Below are positions 1 to 7,751 of a stretch of 32,000 nt of DNA, in pieces. The translations under genes and the position numbers were made by a program. Origin of the DNA: Acaryochloris thomasi RCC1774 (lineage in GTDB: Bacteria > Cyanobacteriota > Cyanobacteriia > Thermosynechococcales > Thermosynechococcaceae); contig NZ_PQWO01000014.1 in NCBI RefSeq assembly GCF_003231495.1, positions 90,001-122,000 on the forward strand, given 5' to 3'. The notes below the pieces were generated by a model. It was given only the letters and a program-made list of their open reading frames with translations. It made no database searches and had not been told where the DNA came from. Every line of letters begins with the position of its first letter. Within the stretch, counting starts at the first letter, position 1.

Positions 1-2
1 TC

Positions 3-1190
3 GTTTGGCAGGATCGTCGAACGGCAGATCGGTGCCAGAAGCTCGCTGAGCATACGAAGGAAATTTACGATCGCACCGGTCTAGTCCTTGACGCCTATTT
101 CTCGGCCACCAAACTGGCGTGGCTTCTGGATTATGCGAGGGAACAGAAGGTTGATCTCAGCAACGTGCTCGCAGGAACAATCGACACTTGGGCACTGTGG
201 AATCTAACGGGCGGTAAGGTCCACGCCACAGATCACAGCAATGCTAGCCGCACAATGTTGCTCAATTTAGAGAAGCGAGAATGGGATCAGCATTTACTCG
301 ATATCTTTGATATTCCACGCCATATTTTGCCGCGGCTTCAGCCCAGCCTGGGTGAGTTTGGCCGCACAGATGCTGAGCTGCTAGGGACTGAGCTTCCGAT
401 TGCAGCGATCTTTGGTGATCAGCAGGCGGCACTGTTTGCCCACGGTTGCGATCGCCCTGGCCTGCTCAAATGCACCTACGGTACTGGCTGTTTCTTGGTA
501 ACTCAGACGGGGAATGAAATAACGAGATCGCAACACAAACTCCTGTCCACAATCGCCTGGAGTCGAGGTGATGCCCCCGTTCACTATGCTCTAGAAGGCA
601 GCATGTTCACTGCCGGAGCCTGCGTTCAATGGCTCAGAGACGGCCTTAAGCTGATCAGCAGTGCTGAAGAAACGGAAGGACTCGCAAAACAAGTAGACGA
701 CAATGGCGGCGTCTATTTCGTTCCAGCACTCAGCGGTCTTGGTGCTCCTCACTGGGATATGGATGCCCGAGGTGCATTTTTTGGAATTACGCGGGGCGTA
801 CAGCGGGAGCATATGGTGCGGTCTGTGTTGGAAGCGATTGCCTTTCAGGCCCGAGAAGTGGTGGAGGCCGTCAATGAAGACTGCGGCGACCCCATTCAAA
901 TGCTGAAGGTCGATGGCGGTGCCTGTCAGAATGATTTTCTAATGCAGATGCAGGCCGATGTTTTGGGTATTCCGGTCGAACGCCCTGCAGTGTTAGACGC
1001 TACGGCTCAGGGAGCTGCTTTCGGGGCTGGCTTGGCTGTGGGCTTTTGGCAAGACTATCAACAATTGGTCAATGACCGTAAGATTGATAGAGTCTTCGAG
1101 CCGGGGGCTGGAGCGGCTCAAGCGCAGAAGAATTTTAAAACTTGGCAAAAAGCTGTGGATCGTTCTAAGAACTGGATTGAAGCAGAGTAG
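3..1190 (+). CDS. glpK: Glycerol kinase, 5'-truncated by the window edge
   Basis: The frame is open from base 3; the ORF-track start at 165 is only an internal GTG. The translation carries FGGY-kinase/GlpK hallmarks: FGDQQAALFAHGC, CTYGTGCF, ALEGSMFTAG, VDGGACQNDFLMQMQADVLG and ATAQGAAFGAG. Confidence 0.93.
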   Translation, partial: VWQDRRTADRCQKLAEHTKEIYDRTGLVLDAYFSATKLAWLLDYAREQKVDLSNVLAGTIDTWALWNLTGGKVHATDHSNASRTMLLNLEKREWDQHLLDIFDIPRHILPRLQPSLGEFGRTDAELLGTELPIAAIFGDQQAALFAHGCDRPGLLKCTYGTGCFLVTQTGNEITRSQHKLLSTIAWSRGDAPVHYALEGSMFTAGACVQWLRDGLKLISSAEETEGLAKQVDDNGGVYFVPALSGLGAPHWDMDARGAFFGITRGVQREHMVRSVLEAIAFQAREVVEAVNEDCGDPIQMLKVDGGACQNDFLMQMQADVLGIPVERPAVLDATAQGAAFGAGLAVGFWQDYQQLVNDRKIDRVFEPGAGAAQAQKNFKTWQKAVDRSKNWIEAE

Positions 1191-1327
1191 CTTAGCTGTT
1201 TGAGTTATTCATTGACACAGCAGCAGTGTTTAACCTTGCTACTGTAAAAGAGTTCCTTGAAGATACAGATAACAGATATCTTACTCGGCCCTGATGGGCC
1301 ACAATACGGACTCATTGCCTCCTTTTT

Positions 1328-1990
1328 ATGTTCGAACAGCAACCCGAGACCTTACGGCAAACAGTTCAGCAATTATCAGCAACAGCATCAACTGATCCGA
1401 CTGGTTGGTTTGATGTTCTTTATCAGAAAGCTCAGGGTGATACAGCTCAGGTTCCTTGGGCGAAGCTGGCTCCCCATCCCTATCTTCAGGATTGGTTGAG
1501 TCAGCAATCCCAGCTTCAAGCCCCAACCTCTGCACTGGTTATTGGCTGTGGTCTGGGAGATGATGCTGAGCGATTACAAGAACTTGGTTATGGAGTCAGA
1601 GCGTTTGATGTTTCGCCCACGGCGATCGCATGGTGCCAAAAACGCTTTCCGCAGTCTGATGTTCACTACGCTGTCGCCGATCTCCTGAATTTAGAATCCA
1701 ACTGGGAACCGGCTGAGTTTGTCTTTGAATGCCGCAATATTCAAGCGCTGCCGCTGGAGGTGCGATCTCAAGCCATCCAATCCATCTCAAGACTCGTCGC
1801 CCCTCAAGGGACACTCCTTGTTGTTACCCGTCTCCGTGAAGATGAAGCAGCGCCGGAGGGTCCGCCCTGGCCGTTATCAGAGTCAGAACTAGCCGAATTT
1901 GCAAAGCAAGGTCTCAAAGAAGTCAACCGAGCGCAATTTCTTGAAGGTGATCCAGCTATCACCCAAGTTCGCATTGAGTACCGTCGTTAG
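1328..1990 (+). CDS. Class I SAM-dependent methyltransferase, TPMT/halide-thiol methyltransferase-like
   Basis: 220-aa ORF. It has a SAM-binding motif I (ALVIGCGLGDDAERLQELGYGVRAFDVSPTAI), an N-terminal W..PW segment and a C-terminal PEGPPWPLSESEL. That last segment resembles the GPPF/W..S..E signature of thiopurine/halide methyltransferases. Confidence 0.72.
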   Translation: MFEQQPETLRQTVQQLSATASTDPTGWFDVLYQKAQGDTAQVPWAKLAPHPYLQDWLSQQSQLQAPTSALVIGCGLGDDAERLQELGYGVRAFDVSPTAIAWCQKRFPQSDVHYAVADLLNLESNWEPAEFVFECRNIQALPLEVRSQAIQSISRLVAPQGTLLVVTRLREDEAAPEGPPWPLSESELAEFAKQGLKEVNRAQFLEGDPAITQVRIEYRR

Positions 1991-2829
1991 TTTGGTTTGC
2001 CAAACCGATAGTCAAGCCAGTCACATCTGCGCTGATAGCCAATCGCTTGGTAGATGTGATTGGAGGTGGAGTTGGCCTGATCAGTGAAGAGAAAGCAGGA
2101 CGAATGCCCCTGATCTAATAAACGCTGACTGAGAGCTGTCACGCAGGCTGTTGCGTAGCCTTGACGGCGATATTCGGGTGGCGTATAGACCGGACCAAGG
2201 TGCCCTCCCCCAGGTGTTGAGCCACGTCCCATTGCCATTGAGACGGGTTTGTCGTCTTCCCAAAGGTAAATGTTCTCTTGCTGGAGCTGGCGGTCGACTA
2301 CTTGCTCGGTCCAGGCTTGGACTTGGCCAAATGCCTCTTGATCAAAGGCCTGAGACCAAGCAAGGACTTGGTTGCGATCGCAACTCTCCGCCACCCGCAG
2401 CCGTCCGCGACAGGGCACAATCGATTTGACCTGCGTTAGCTGATGGACATACATTTCCATTGCTACCCAAGCAGGTTGCTGCGTAAGCTGCTGCCAAGTC
2501 TGCACAAATATCTGCACCTCATCGGGTAACCCTGCCACACCGGGAGGCCATCGTCCAGACCTAGAGATATCTTCTGCAAAAAGAGCTGTCTCAACCTCAG
2601 ACATCTTAGAAAGCACCACATTGCGGCGCGGTATATGAACGGCAATGCTCTGAACAGCCTGGTTCTCTTCAATCCATGCCAGGTAAGGCAAAGCGTCATC
2701 GGTTTGAGATCGCCGCTCCAACGTCTGCAAAATAGCAAGCAGCAAATTGTGCTCAGCTTGAGACTGAAGCAAGACATCATAGGTGCGATCGCAAAACCGC
2801 TGAATATTCTGGCCTTGATAGAGCTTCAT
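1987..2829 (-). CDS. GNAT family N-acetyltransferase
   Basis: The ORF spans 1987..2883. The likely start is the internal ATG giving MKLYQGQNIQRF (2829). The C-terminal acetyl-CoA motif A (EYRRQGYATACVTALSQRLLDQG) is followed by LFTDQANSTSNHIYQAIGY. Confidence 0.75.
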   Translation of the reverse strand: MKLYQGQNIQRFCDRTYDVLLQSQAEHNLLLAILQTLERRSQTDDALPYLAWIEENQAVQSIAVHIPRRNVVLSKMSEVETALFAEDISRSGRWPPGVAGLPDEVQIFVQTWQQLTQQPAWVAMEMYVHQLTQVKSIVPCRGRLRVAESCDRNQVLAWSQAFDQEAFGQVQAWTEQVVDRQLQQENIYLWEDDKPVSMAMGRGSTPGGGHLGPVYTPPEYRRQGYATACVTALSQRLLDQGHSSCFLFTDQANSTSNHIYQAIGYQRRCDWLDYRFGKPN

Positions 2830-2996
2830 CAACAATATTTTGAACGTAGAGCAAAGGAATGGAATCACACTTAGAGTTCGCAAACCTAGACAACTTTCTT
2901 AGGAGCATCAGAGCGCAATAGCCGACTGATTCACAGGTTCTTCACTCAGAACTCATAAAGTGAAGTTCTGTAAGGAGTTATGTAGGTCTATTAACA

Positions 2997-3668
2997 ATGC
3001 GTAATAATTTTATCGCCTTTTCTCTACTGCTAGCGCCAGTGACTGGCCTAGCACTGGCCGCTCCTGTTGCGGTTCACGCAGAAGAGCAATCCAAAGATAT
3101 CGTATCTGTTGCTGCCGATGCAGGCTCTTTTAATACCTTGGCTGCGGCTCTAGAGGCTGCTGGTCTAACTGAGACGCTGCAGGGCGAGGGACCCTTCACC
3201 GTTTTTGCTCCCACAGACGAAGCCTTCGCGGCGCTTCCTGAGGGCGTTGTTGAAGCCTTACTAAAGCCTGAGAACAAAGAGCAGCTTGCAGCATTGCTAA
3301 CCTATCACGTGGTTCCAGGTGAAGTGAAGTCAGCAGACATCACACCTGGAGATGTTGCAACCGTCCAGGGTTCCAGCGTCACTATCGCCGTTGAAGACGG
3401 AGCCGTTAAGGTGAACAATGCTTCCGTTGTCTCTCCTGATGTTGAAGCGTCCAATGGCGTCATTCATGTGGTTGATCAAGTGATCCTGCCCGCCGCTGCC
3501 ACAGGTGGTGCCGAGGCTGCGCCTCAAGAGGCCCCTGAAGCAGCGCCCGCCCCTGAGGCAGCACCTGCTCCTGAGTCGGAAGCAGTACCTGAATCTGAAT
3601 TGCCTGAAGCGGCTGAAGAAGTCGCTCCCGCAGCTTCACCTGCCCCTGAAGGCGTACCTGCTCCTTAA
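2997..3668 (+). CDS. Secreted fasciclin (FAS1) domain protein with a Pro/Ala/Glu-rich C-terminal tail
   Basis: N-terminal signal peptide (MRNNFIAFSLLLAPVTGLALAAPVAVHA). FAS1 motifs are present: FTVFAPTDEAF, LLTYHVVPG and NGVIHVVDQVILP. The tail runs AEAAPQEAPEAAPAPEAAPAPESEAVPESELPEAAEEVAPAASPAPEGVPAP. Confidence 0.87.
   Translation: MRNNFIAFSLLLAPVTGLALAAPVAVHAEEQSKDIVSVAADAGSFNTLAAALEAAGLTETLQGEGPFTVFAPTDEAFAALPEGVVEALLKPENKEQLAALLTYHVVPGEVKSADITPGDVATVQGSSVTIAVEDGAVKVNNASVVSPDVEASNGVIHVVDQVILPAAATGGAEAAPQEAPEAAPAPEAAPAPESEAVPESELPEAAEEVAPAASPAPEGVPAP
3492..3665 (+). repeat. Low-complexity PAPEA-type repeat region encoding the fasciclin C-terminal tail
   Basis: CCTGAAGC/CCTGAGGC-type units recur in the DNA and (A/E)PAPEAA units recur in the translation. 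Confidence 0.7.
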
Positions 3669-3699
3669 GAGTTCAAGGTCAGCGATAGCTAGCATCTTG

Positions 3700-3727
3700 C
3701 CCCCAGCTCTGAAGTCGGAGCTGGGGG
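3700..3727. terminator. GC-rich hairpin between two convergent genes; candidate bidirectional intrinsic terminator
   Basis: CCCCCAGCTC (3700-3709) pairs with GAGCTGGGGG (3718-3727). That gives a 10-bp perfect stem with an 8-nt loop. A U-containing tract (TCTGTTATCTG) follows on the plus strand. The hairpin lies 32 nt after the fasciclin stop and 16 nt after the minus-strand gene stop. Confidence 0.55.
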
Positions 3728-3742
3728 TCTGTTATCTGAGGG

Positions 3743-4357
3743 CTACTTTTTACCGCCGACAAACGGCGTTCCCCAATGTCGCCAGTTCTCTTTGTTAAAG
3801 GGAGCGCGCCACTTTTGAATCAAAGCCTGCTCTAGCTGCTGCCGGGGCTTCGTCTCCGCTGGGGCATCGCGCCAGAAGCCAATGCTGACCGCAACGGACA
3901 AATCATGGGGGCGATGGGCCGCTACGTAGTTCTGTAGATAGCGCTTGCAGTCATGCTCACCTTTCCAGCGAGTATTGGAGTGACAGGTCTCTCCGACATA
4001 GAGCAGTAGCGAATCGGTTTGATCGAGGACGAAATAGAGGGCGGCGACGCCAACATCTTCGAATGCCCCCTTCCAGAACTCGGTGTTTTGCTGGGGGAGC
4101 TGGAATGGGTCAATACTGTCAGGGTCTGCATGGGGTGGGGCAAGGTCAAAAAGAGAACCTTGCTGTACCGGTGCGCTTAGTTGAATCTGATCTTGAAAAT
4201 TGTGGACTCGCTGCTTCCAGCTTTTGAGGGCGTAGGCGCTGATCTGAGCGACGGGTTCACGGCTACGGAACCGACTGGCACGGATCTGGTGTAGTTGGTC
4301 ATCCGAGAACAGAGAGGGCTGATCAGTCATCGCAGGTCGCATACCAAGGTTCGACAA
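3743..4357 (-). CDS. Conserved hypothetical protein with a C-terminal GIY-YIG-like nuclease domain
   Basis: 204-aa ORF. The start is uncertain, with ATGs at 4357, 4342 and 4330. The C-terminal half reads ALYFVLD(x8)LLLYVGET(x6)RWKGEH...QLEQALIQKWRAPFNKEN. This matches the GIY...YIG...R...E...N layout of GIY-YIG domains. The N-terminal ~100 aa have no motif I recognise. Confidence 0.6.
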   Translation of the reverse strand: MSNLGMRPAMTDQPSLFSDDQLHQIRASRFRSREPVAQISAYALKSWKQRVHNFQDQIQLSAPVQQGSLFDLAPPHADPDSIDPFQLPQQNTEFWKGAFEDVGVAALYFVLDQTDSLLLYVGETCHSNTRWKGEHDCKRYLQNYVAAHRPHDLSVAVSIGFWRDAPAETKPRQQLEQALIQKWRAPFNKENWRHWGTPFVGGKK

Positions 4358-4416
4358 ATTACTATGACACTCAAGAACCTATAGAATCAAGGCTGTCACT
4401 GCTGAGATCTGTCTCC

Positions 4417-6189
4417 ATGCTGCTGTCGTTGCAAATTGAAAATTTTGCGCTCATTGATAGCCTCACTCTAGAGTTTGGGGCTGGTTTAAATGTCTTGACA
4501 GGTGAGACAGGTGCAGGCAAATCGATTATTCTGGACGCCATTGATATTATTTTGGGCGGCAAGATTAGCGATCGCATCCTCCGCACCGGCAGCCACCGCG
4601 CACTTCTAGAGGCCAGCTTCCAGCTCAGCCCTATTCTGAAGGACTGGCTCACCGCCGCTGAAATTGATGAACTCGATGACGGTGTCCTAATCTGCAGTCG
4701 AGAGATCTCGAACCAGCAGGAGAAGCTTCGCAGTCGGTCTCGGGTGAACGGTGTTGTGATAAACAAGCAGCAGATGGCCGGACTCCGGGAACATCTGGTG
4801 GATATTACGGCCCAAGGCCAGACGGTCCACTTAGGGCGGGCCAATCGCCAGCGAGACTGGCTCGACCACTTTGGAGGGGCCAAAGTCCTCGATCTACGGC
4901 GAACGGTGGCGCTCGCTTTTGCCCAGTTTCAGCAGGCACAGCAGGCTCTAGAGCAGTATCGTGCCAACGATCAGCAGCGACTGCAGCAGATTGATTTGCT
5001 CAAGTATCAGCTAGAGGATTTAGAACAGGCCCAGTTAACAGAAGCTGACGAGCAAGACAATCTAATCCAGGAATCCCAGCGTCTCGGCCACAGCGTCGAA
5101 CTGCAGCTTCAGAGTCAGCAGGTTTATGAAGCCCTCTATGAACAAGAACAGGGCGCGGCCTGCTCCGATCTCTTGGGCAAGGCCGAGGCGACGCTAACGG
5201 AAATGGGCACCTACGATGCTCAAATTCAGCCCATCTTAGAGCTGGTGCAGGAAGCGTTAACGCAAGTGCAAGAAGCAGGACTGCAGATTAATGCCTATGG
5301 TGCTGACTTGGAGACCGATCCCCAGCGCTTGCAGGATGTTGAAGATCGGCTGACGCAGCTCAAGCAGATTTGTCGAAAATACGGGCCGACCCTGGCTGAT
5401 GCCATTGCTCACCATCAGCGGATCTCGGCGGAGCTAGCGGTCCTCGGCGGCGATGAACAGTCTTTAGAGGGACTGGAGCAGCGCTATCAGGTCTCCCAAA
5501 AAGAACTTACTGAAGCCTGCGTCCAACTGACCCAGCTCCGGCAAGCTGCAGCCCAGACGCTAGCAGACCGGCTGCTCTTAGAGCTAAAGCCACTGGCAAT
5601 GGATAAGGTACAGTTCCAGGTTGCTCTACAGCCTACGGCCCCGGCGGCTCACGGCAGCGATCTGATTCAGTTTTTGTTTAGCCCCAACCCTGGTGAACCG
5701 CTACAGCCAGTGTCTGAAACCGCTTCAGGAGGAGAAATGAGCCGATTCCTGCTAGCGCTTAAGGCCTGCTTCTCACAAATCGAAGACGTAGATACCTTGG
5801 TGTTTGACGAAATTGATGTGGGGGTCTCGGGGCAGGTGGCGCAGTCCATTGCGACTAAGCTTCATGCCCTCGGTAAACATCATCAGGTTCTGTGTGTAAC
5901 GCACCAGCCCATTGTGGCGGCGATGGCCGACCAGCATTTTCAAGTGGCGAAGCAGGTTTTAGATGCCGAGCAGGCCCACGAGCGAACCGTTGTTCGAGTG
6001 ACGGCGCTGGAGGCTCCCGAGCGGCGACAGGCACTGGCCGAAATTGCTGGAGGACAGTCTGCTGAGGGGGCGCTTCCTTTCGTTGATACGCTGCTTCAGG
6101 AGGCGACTGCACTGAGGCAGGGCAAGAAAAAGCGGGGTAAAAAAGCGCTCGATAAAACCACTAGTCGCCAGAAGTCGGTGCGATCTTGA
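4417..6189 (+). CDS. recN: DNA repair protein RecN
   Basis: N-terminus LQIENFALIDSLTLEFGAGLNVLTGETGAGKSIILDAI includes the Walker A motif. A long Q/E/L-rich coiled-coil middle follows. The C-terminus has the SMC signature SGGEMSRFLLALK and the Walker B motif LVFDEIDVGVSG. Confidence 0.96.
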   Translation: MLLSLQIENFALIDSLTLEFGAGLNVLTGETGAGKSIILDAIDIILGGKISDRILRTGSHRALLEASFQLSPILKDWLTAAEIDELDDGVLICSREISNQQEKLRSRSRVNGVVINKQQMAGLREHLVDITAQGQTVHLGRANRQRDWLDHFGGAKVLDLRRTVALAFAQFQQAQQALEQYRANDQQRLQQIDLLKYQLEDLEQAQLTEADEQDNLIQESQRLGHSVELQLQSQQVYEALYEQEQGAACSDLLGKAEATLTEMGTYDAQIQPILELVQEALTQVQEAGLQINAYGADLETDPQRLQDVEDRLTQLKQICRKYGPTLADAIAHHQRISAELAVLGGDEQSLEGLEQRYQVSQKELTEACVQLTQLRQAAAQTLADRLLLELKPLAMDKVQFQVALQPTAPAAHGSDLIQFLFSPNPGEPLQPVSETASGGEMSRFLLALKACFSQIEDVDTLVFDEIDVGVSGQVAQSIATKLHALGKHHQVLCVTHQPIVAAMADQHFQVAKQVLDAEQAHERTVVRVTALEAPERRQALAEIAGGQSAEGALPFVDTLLQEATALRQGKKKRGKKALDKTTSRQKSVRS

Positions 6190-6769
6190 TGGCCTGATCC
6201 ACCTGTCGCAGCAGCGTGGCTGCATCCTTAGAATTGTCCAAGGCAACAGTGGCTTGAGCGATCTTTTCTGTCAGGGCTATTTGACTTTTAATACGGGCCT
6301 CGGCTTGTGTTGGGGTGAGCTGATTGCGAGCCATGAGCCGCTGTTTTTGTTGTTCGGGGTGGCAATGCACAACCCAGATTTCTGAGACGAGGTGGGTCAT
6401 CTGGGCTTCAAATAAAAGCGGGATGACGAGGACGACAATCGGTTCTTGAAGGTGAAGTTGGAGGATTTGGTGGATGCGATCGCAAACAAAGGGATGAATC
6501 TGTTCCTCTAGCCACTGACGTTCTTCTGAATTTGAAAAAATGAGATCTCCCAGGCGCTGGCGGTCAAGGGTGCCATCAGCCTGAAGGATAGAGGGACCGT
6601 TGCGATCGCAAATCTGCTGCAGAATAGGACTACCAGGCTGTACCGCTTCCCGCGCATAGTGATCAGCATCTAAAATGGGCAGCGCATACTGAGTTGCTAA
6701 ATAATCAGCCACCGTCGTCTTACCCGTTGCAATCCCACCCGTTAGACCGATAATCCGCTGCATAGGCAT
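6161..6769 (-). CDS. coaE: Dephospho-CoA kinase
   Basis: IIGLTGGIATGKTTVADYL (P-loop) and ILDADHYAREAV are typical of CoaE. The ORF-track start at 6883 is probably an upstream extension. The likely starts are at 6769 or 6763 (MPMQRIIGLTGG). Confidence 0.9.
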   Translation of the reverse strand: MPMQRIIGLTGGIATGKTTVADYLATQYALPILDADHYAREAVQPGSPILQQICDRNGPSILQADGTLDRQRLGDLIFSNSEERQWLEEQIHPFVCDRIHQILQLHLQEPIVVLVIPLLFEAQMTHLVSEIWVVHCHPEQQKQRLMARNQLTPTQAEARIKSQIALTEKIAQATVALDNSKDAATLLRQVDQAIKIAPTSGD

Positions 6770-6929
6770 CGCATCTTGAGCCTTTCTAGGCGCAACTAAA
6801 GGAAATTTTTTCATTCGACCGTTTCTAAGCCTATCTTGCAGGGAACCCTGAGTGTAATGATGGACAACAGGACTTAGGATCAATATTTAAGATAGCTGCT
6901 TCAGACTATCTTGACTCCAGCACCAGCCT

Positions 6930-7751
6930 ATGGGTACCTCGTTTACACCACAACTGATTATCCACAACGCCACAGGGGCATCAATCATTTCCCTGGAGGA
7001 TCAAGATGTATGGACCGTGGGGCGAGGGCCAGAGAATGACATCATTCTCGATGAGCATACGGTGTCTCGTCACCATGCAAAAATTCAGCATCAAGGTCCA
7101 GGAGAGTATCGCGTTGCAGATGTAGGCAGCGGCAACGGATCCTTTGTAAATGGCAAGCGCATTGTCATGTCTCATATCCTCCAGCACGGCGATCGGCTGA
7201 CGATGGGGCGCATTCAGCTTGAGTTTCAGGGAAGTCGCCTCGAAGAGGCGCTGCCGTCTCCGCCCCGCAAAACGATACTGATGCTGCATTCTTCAGCCTT
7301 GCAAAGTAAAGTATGGCAAGAGGTTCTTACCTCACAGGGTGTTGCCGTTGCCCATCTCAACCCCAGTACTAATCTGTCCAATTTATTAACCCACAGAGCA
7401 GCCTCTCAGGATCTCCCAGATTTACTTTTGCTAGATATGACCGGAATTCGAGATAATCCCTATCATTTCTGCCGTTGGTGCCGAGACACTTACCCCCAAA
7501 TTAAAGTTGTCCTGATGAGCGGTAAGCGCACTGAAGTCTCAGACTCAGAGCGCAAATGGGCTATTCACCAGGGAGCGATTGATCTGTTGGCAGGGTTCCC
7601 TGAACCCCAGTTATTCAACAATCTGATTGTTGTCACCACAAAGGTTAAAAGCGTCCTCCAGATTCTGGACTGGCCCGAGATTCAGCAGCAGAAGCTTCTC
7701 GATGCTCTCCTCGCTATTCAGACACTCCGCAAGCAGTCGCCTCGCTATTAA
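6930..7751 (+). CDS. FHA-domain protein fused to a degenerate CheY-like receiver domain
   Basis: The N-terminus is an FHA domain: WTVGRGPENDIILDEHTVSRHHAKI...GSGNGSFVNGKRI...GDRLTMGRIQLEF. The C-terminal ~150 aa have a receiver-like alternating pattern (ILMLHSS...DLLLLDM...VVLMSG...GAIDLLAGFP). They lack the N-terminal acidic pair and the conserved Lys. Confidence 0.78.
   Translation: MGTSFTPQLIIHNATGASIISLEDQDVWTVGRGPENDIILDEHTVSRHHAKIQHQGPGEYRVADVGSGNGSFVNGKRIVMSHILQHGDRLTMGRIQLEFQGSRLEEALPSPPRKTILMLHSSALQSKVWQEVLTSQGVAVAHLNPSTNLSNLLTHRAASQDLPDLLLLDMTGIRDNPYHFCRWCRDTYPQIKVVLMSGKRTEVSDSERKWAIHQGAIDLLAGFPEPQLFNNLIVVTTKVKSVLQILDWPEIQQQKLLDALLAIQTLRKQSPRY

Noticed and set aside
1990-2005. A small hairpin, GTTTGG-TTTG-CCAAAC, immediately after the methyltransferase stop and inside the GNAT 3' coding end. 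I considered it as a terminator.
   Set aside because: The stem is only 6 bp, AU-rich and has no U-tract. It is too weak to call a terminator. It is mentioned only in the context of the convergent-overlap observation.
4358-4416. A possible LexA/SOS box in the short spacer upstream of recN.
   Set aside because: I scanned for the cyanobacterial RGTAC-N3-DGTWCB type and the E. coli CTGT-N8-ACAG type. Only partial half-sites are present (for example AGAACC at about 4372, and CTGTCACTGCTGAG). No full match exists, so I make no claim.
4371-4883. A 170-aa minus-strand ORF antisense to the 5' end of recN.
   Set aside because: It is Ser/Arg/Trp-rich with no recognisable domain, and it lies entirely inside the strongly supported recN gene.
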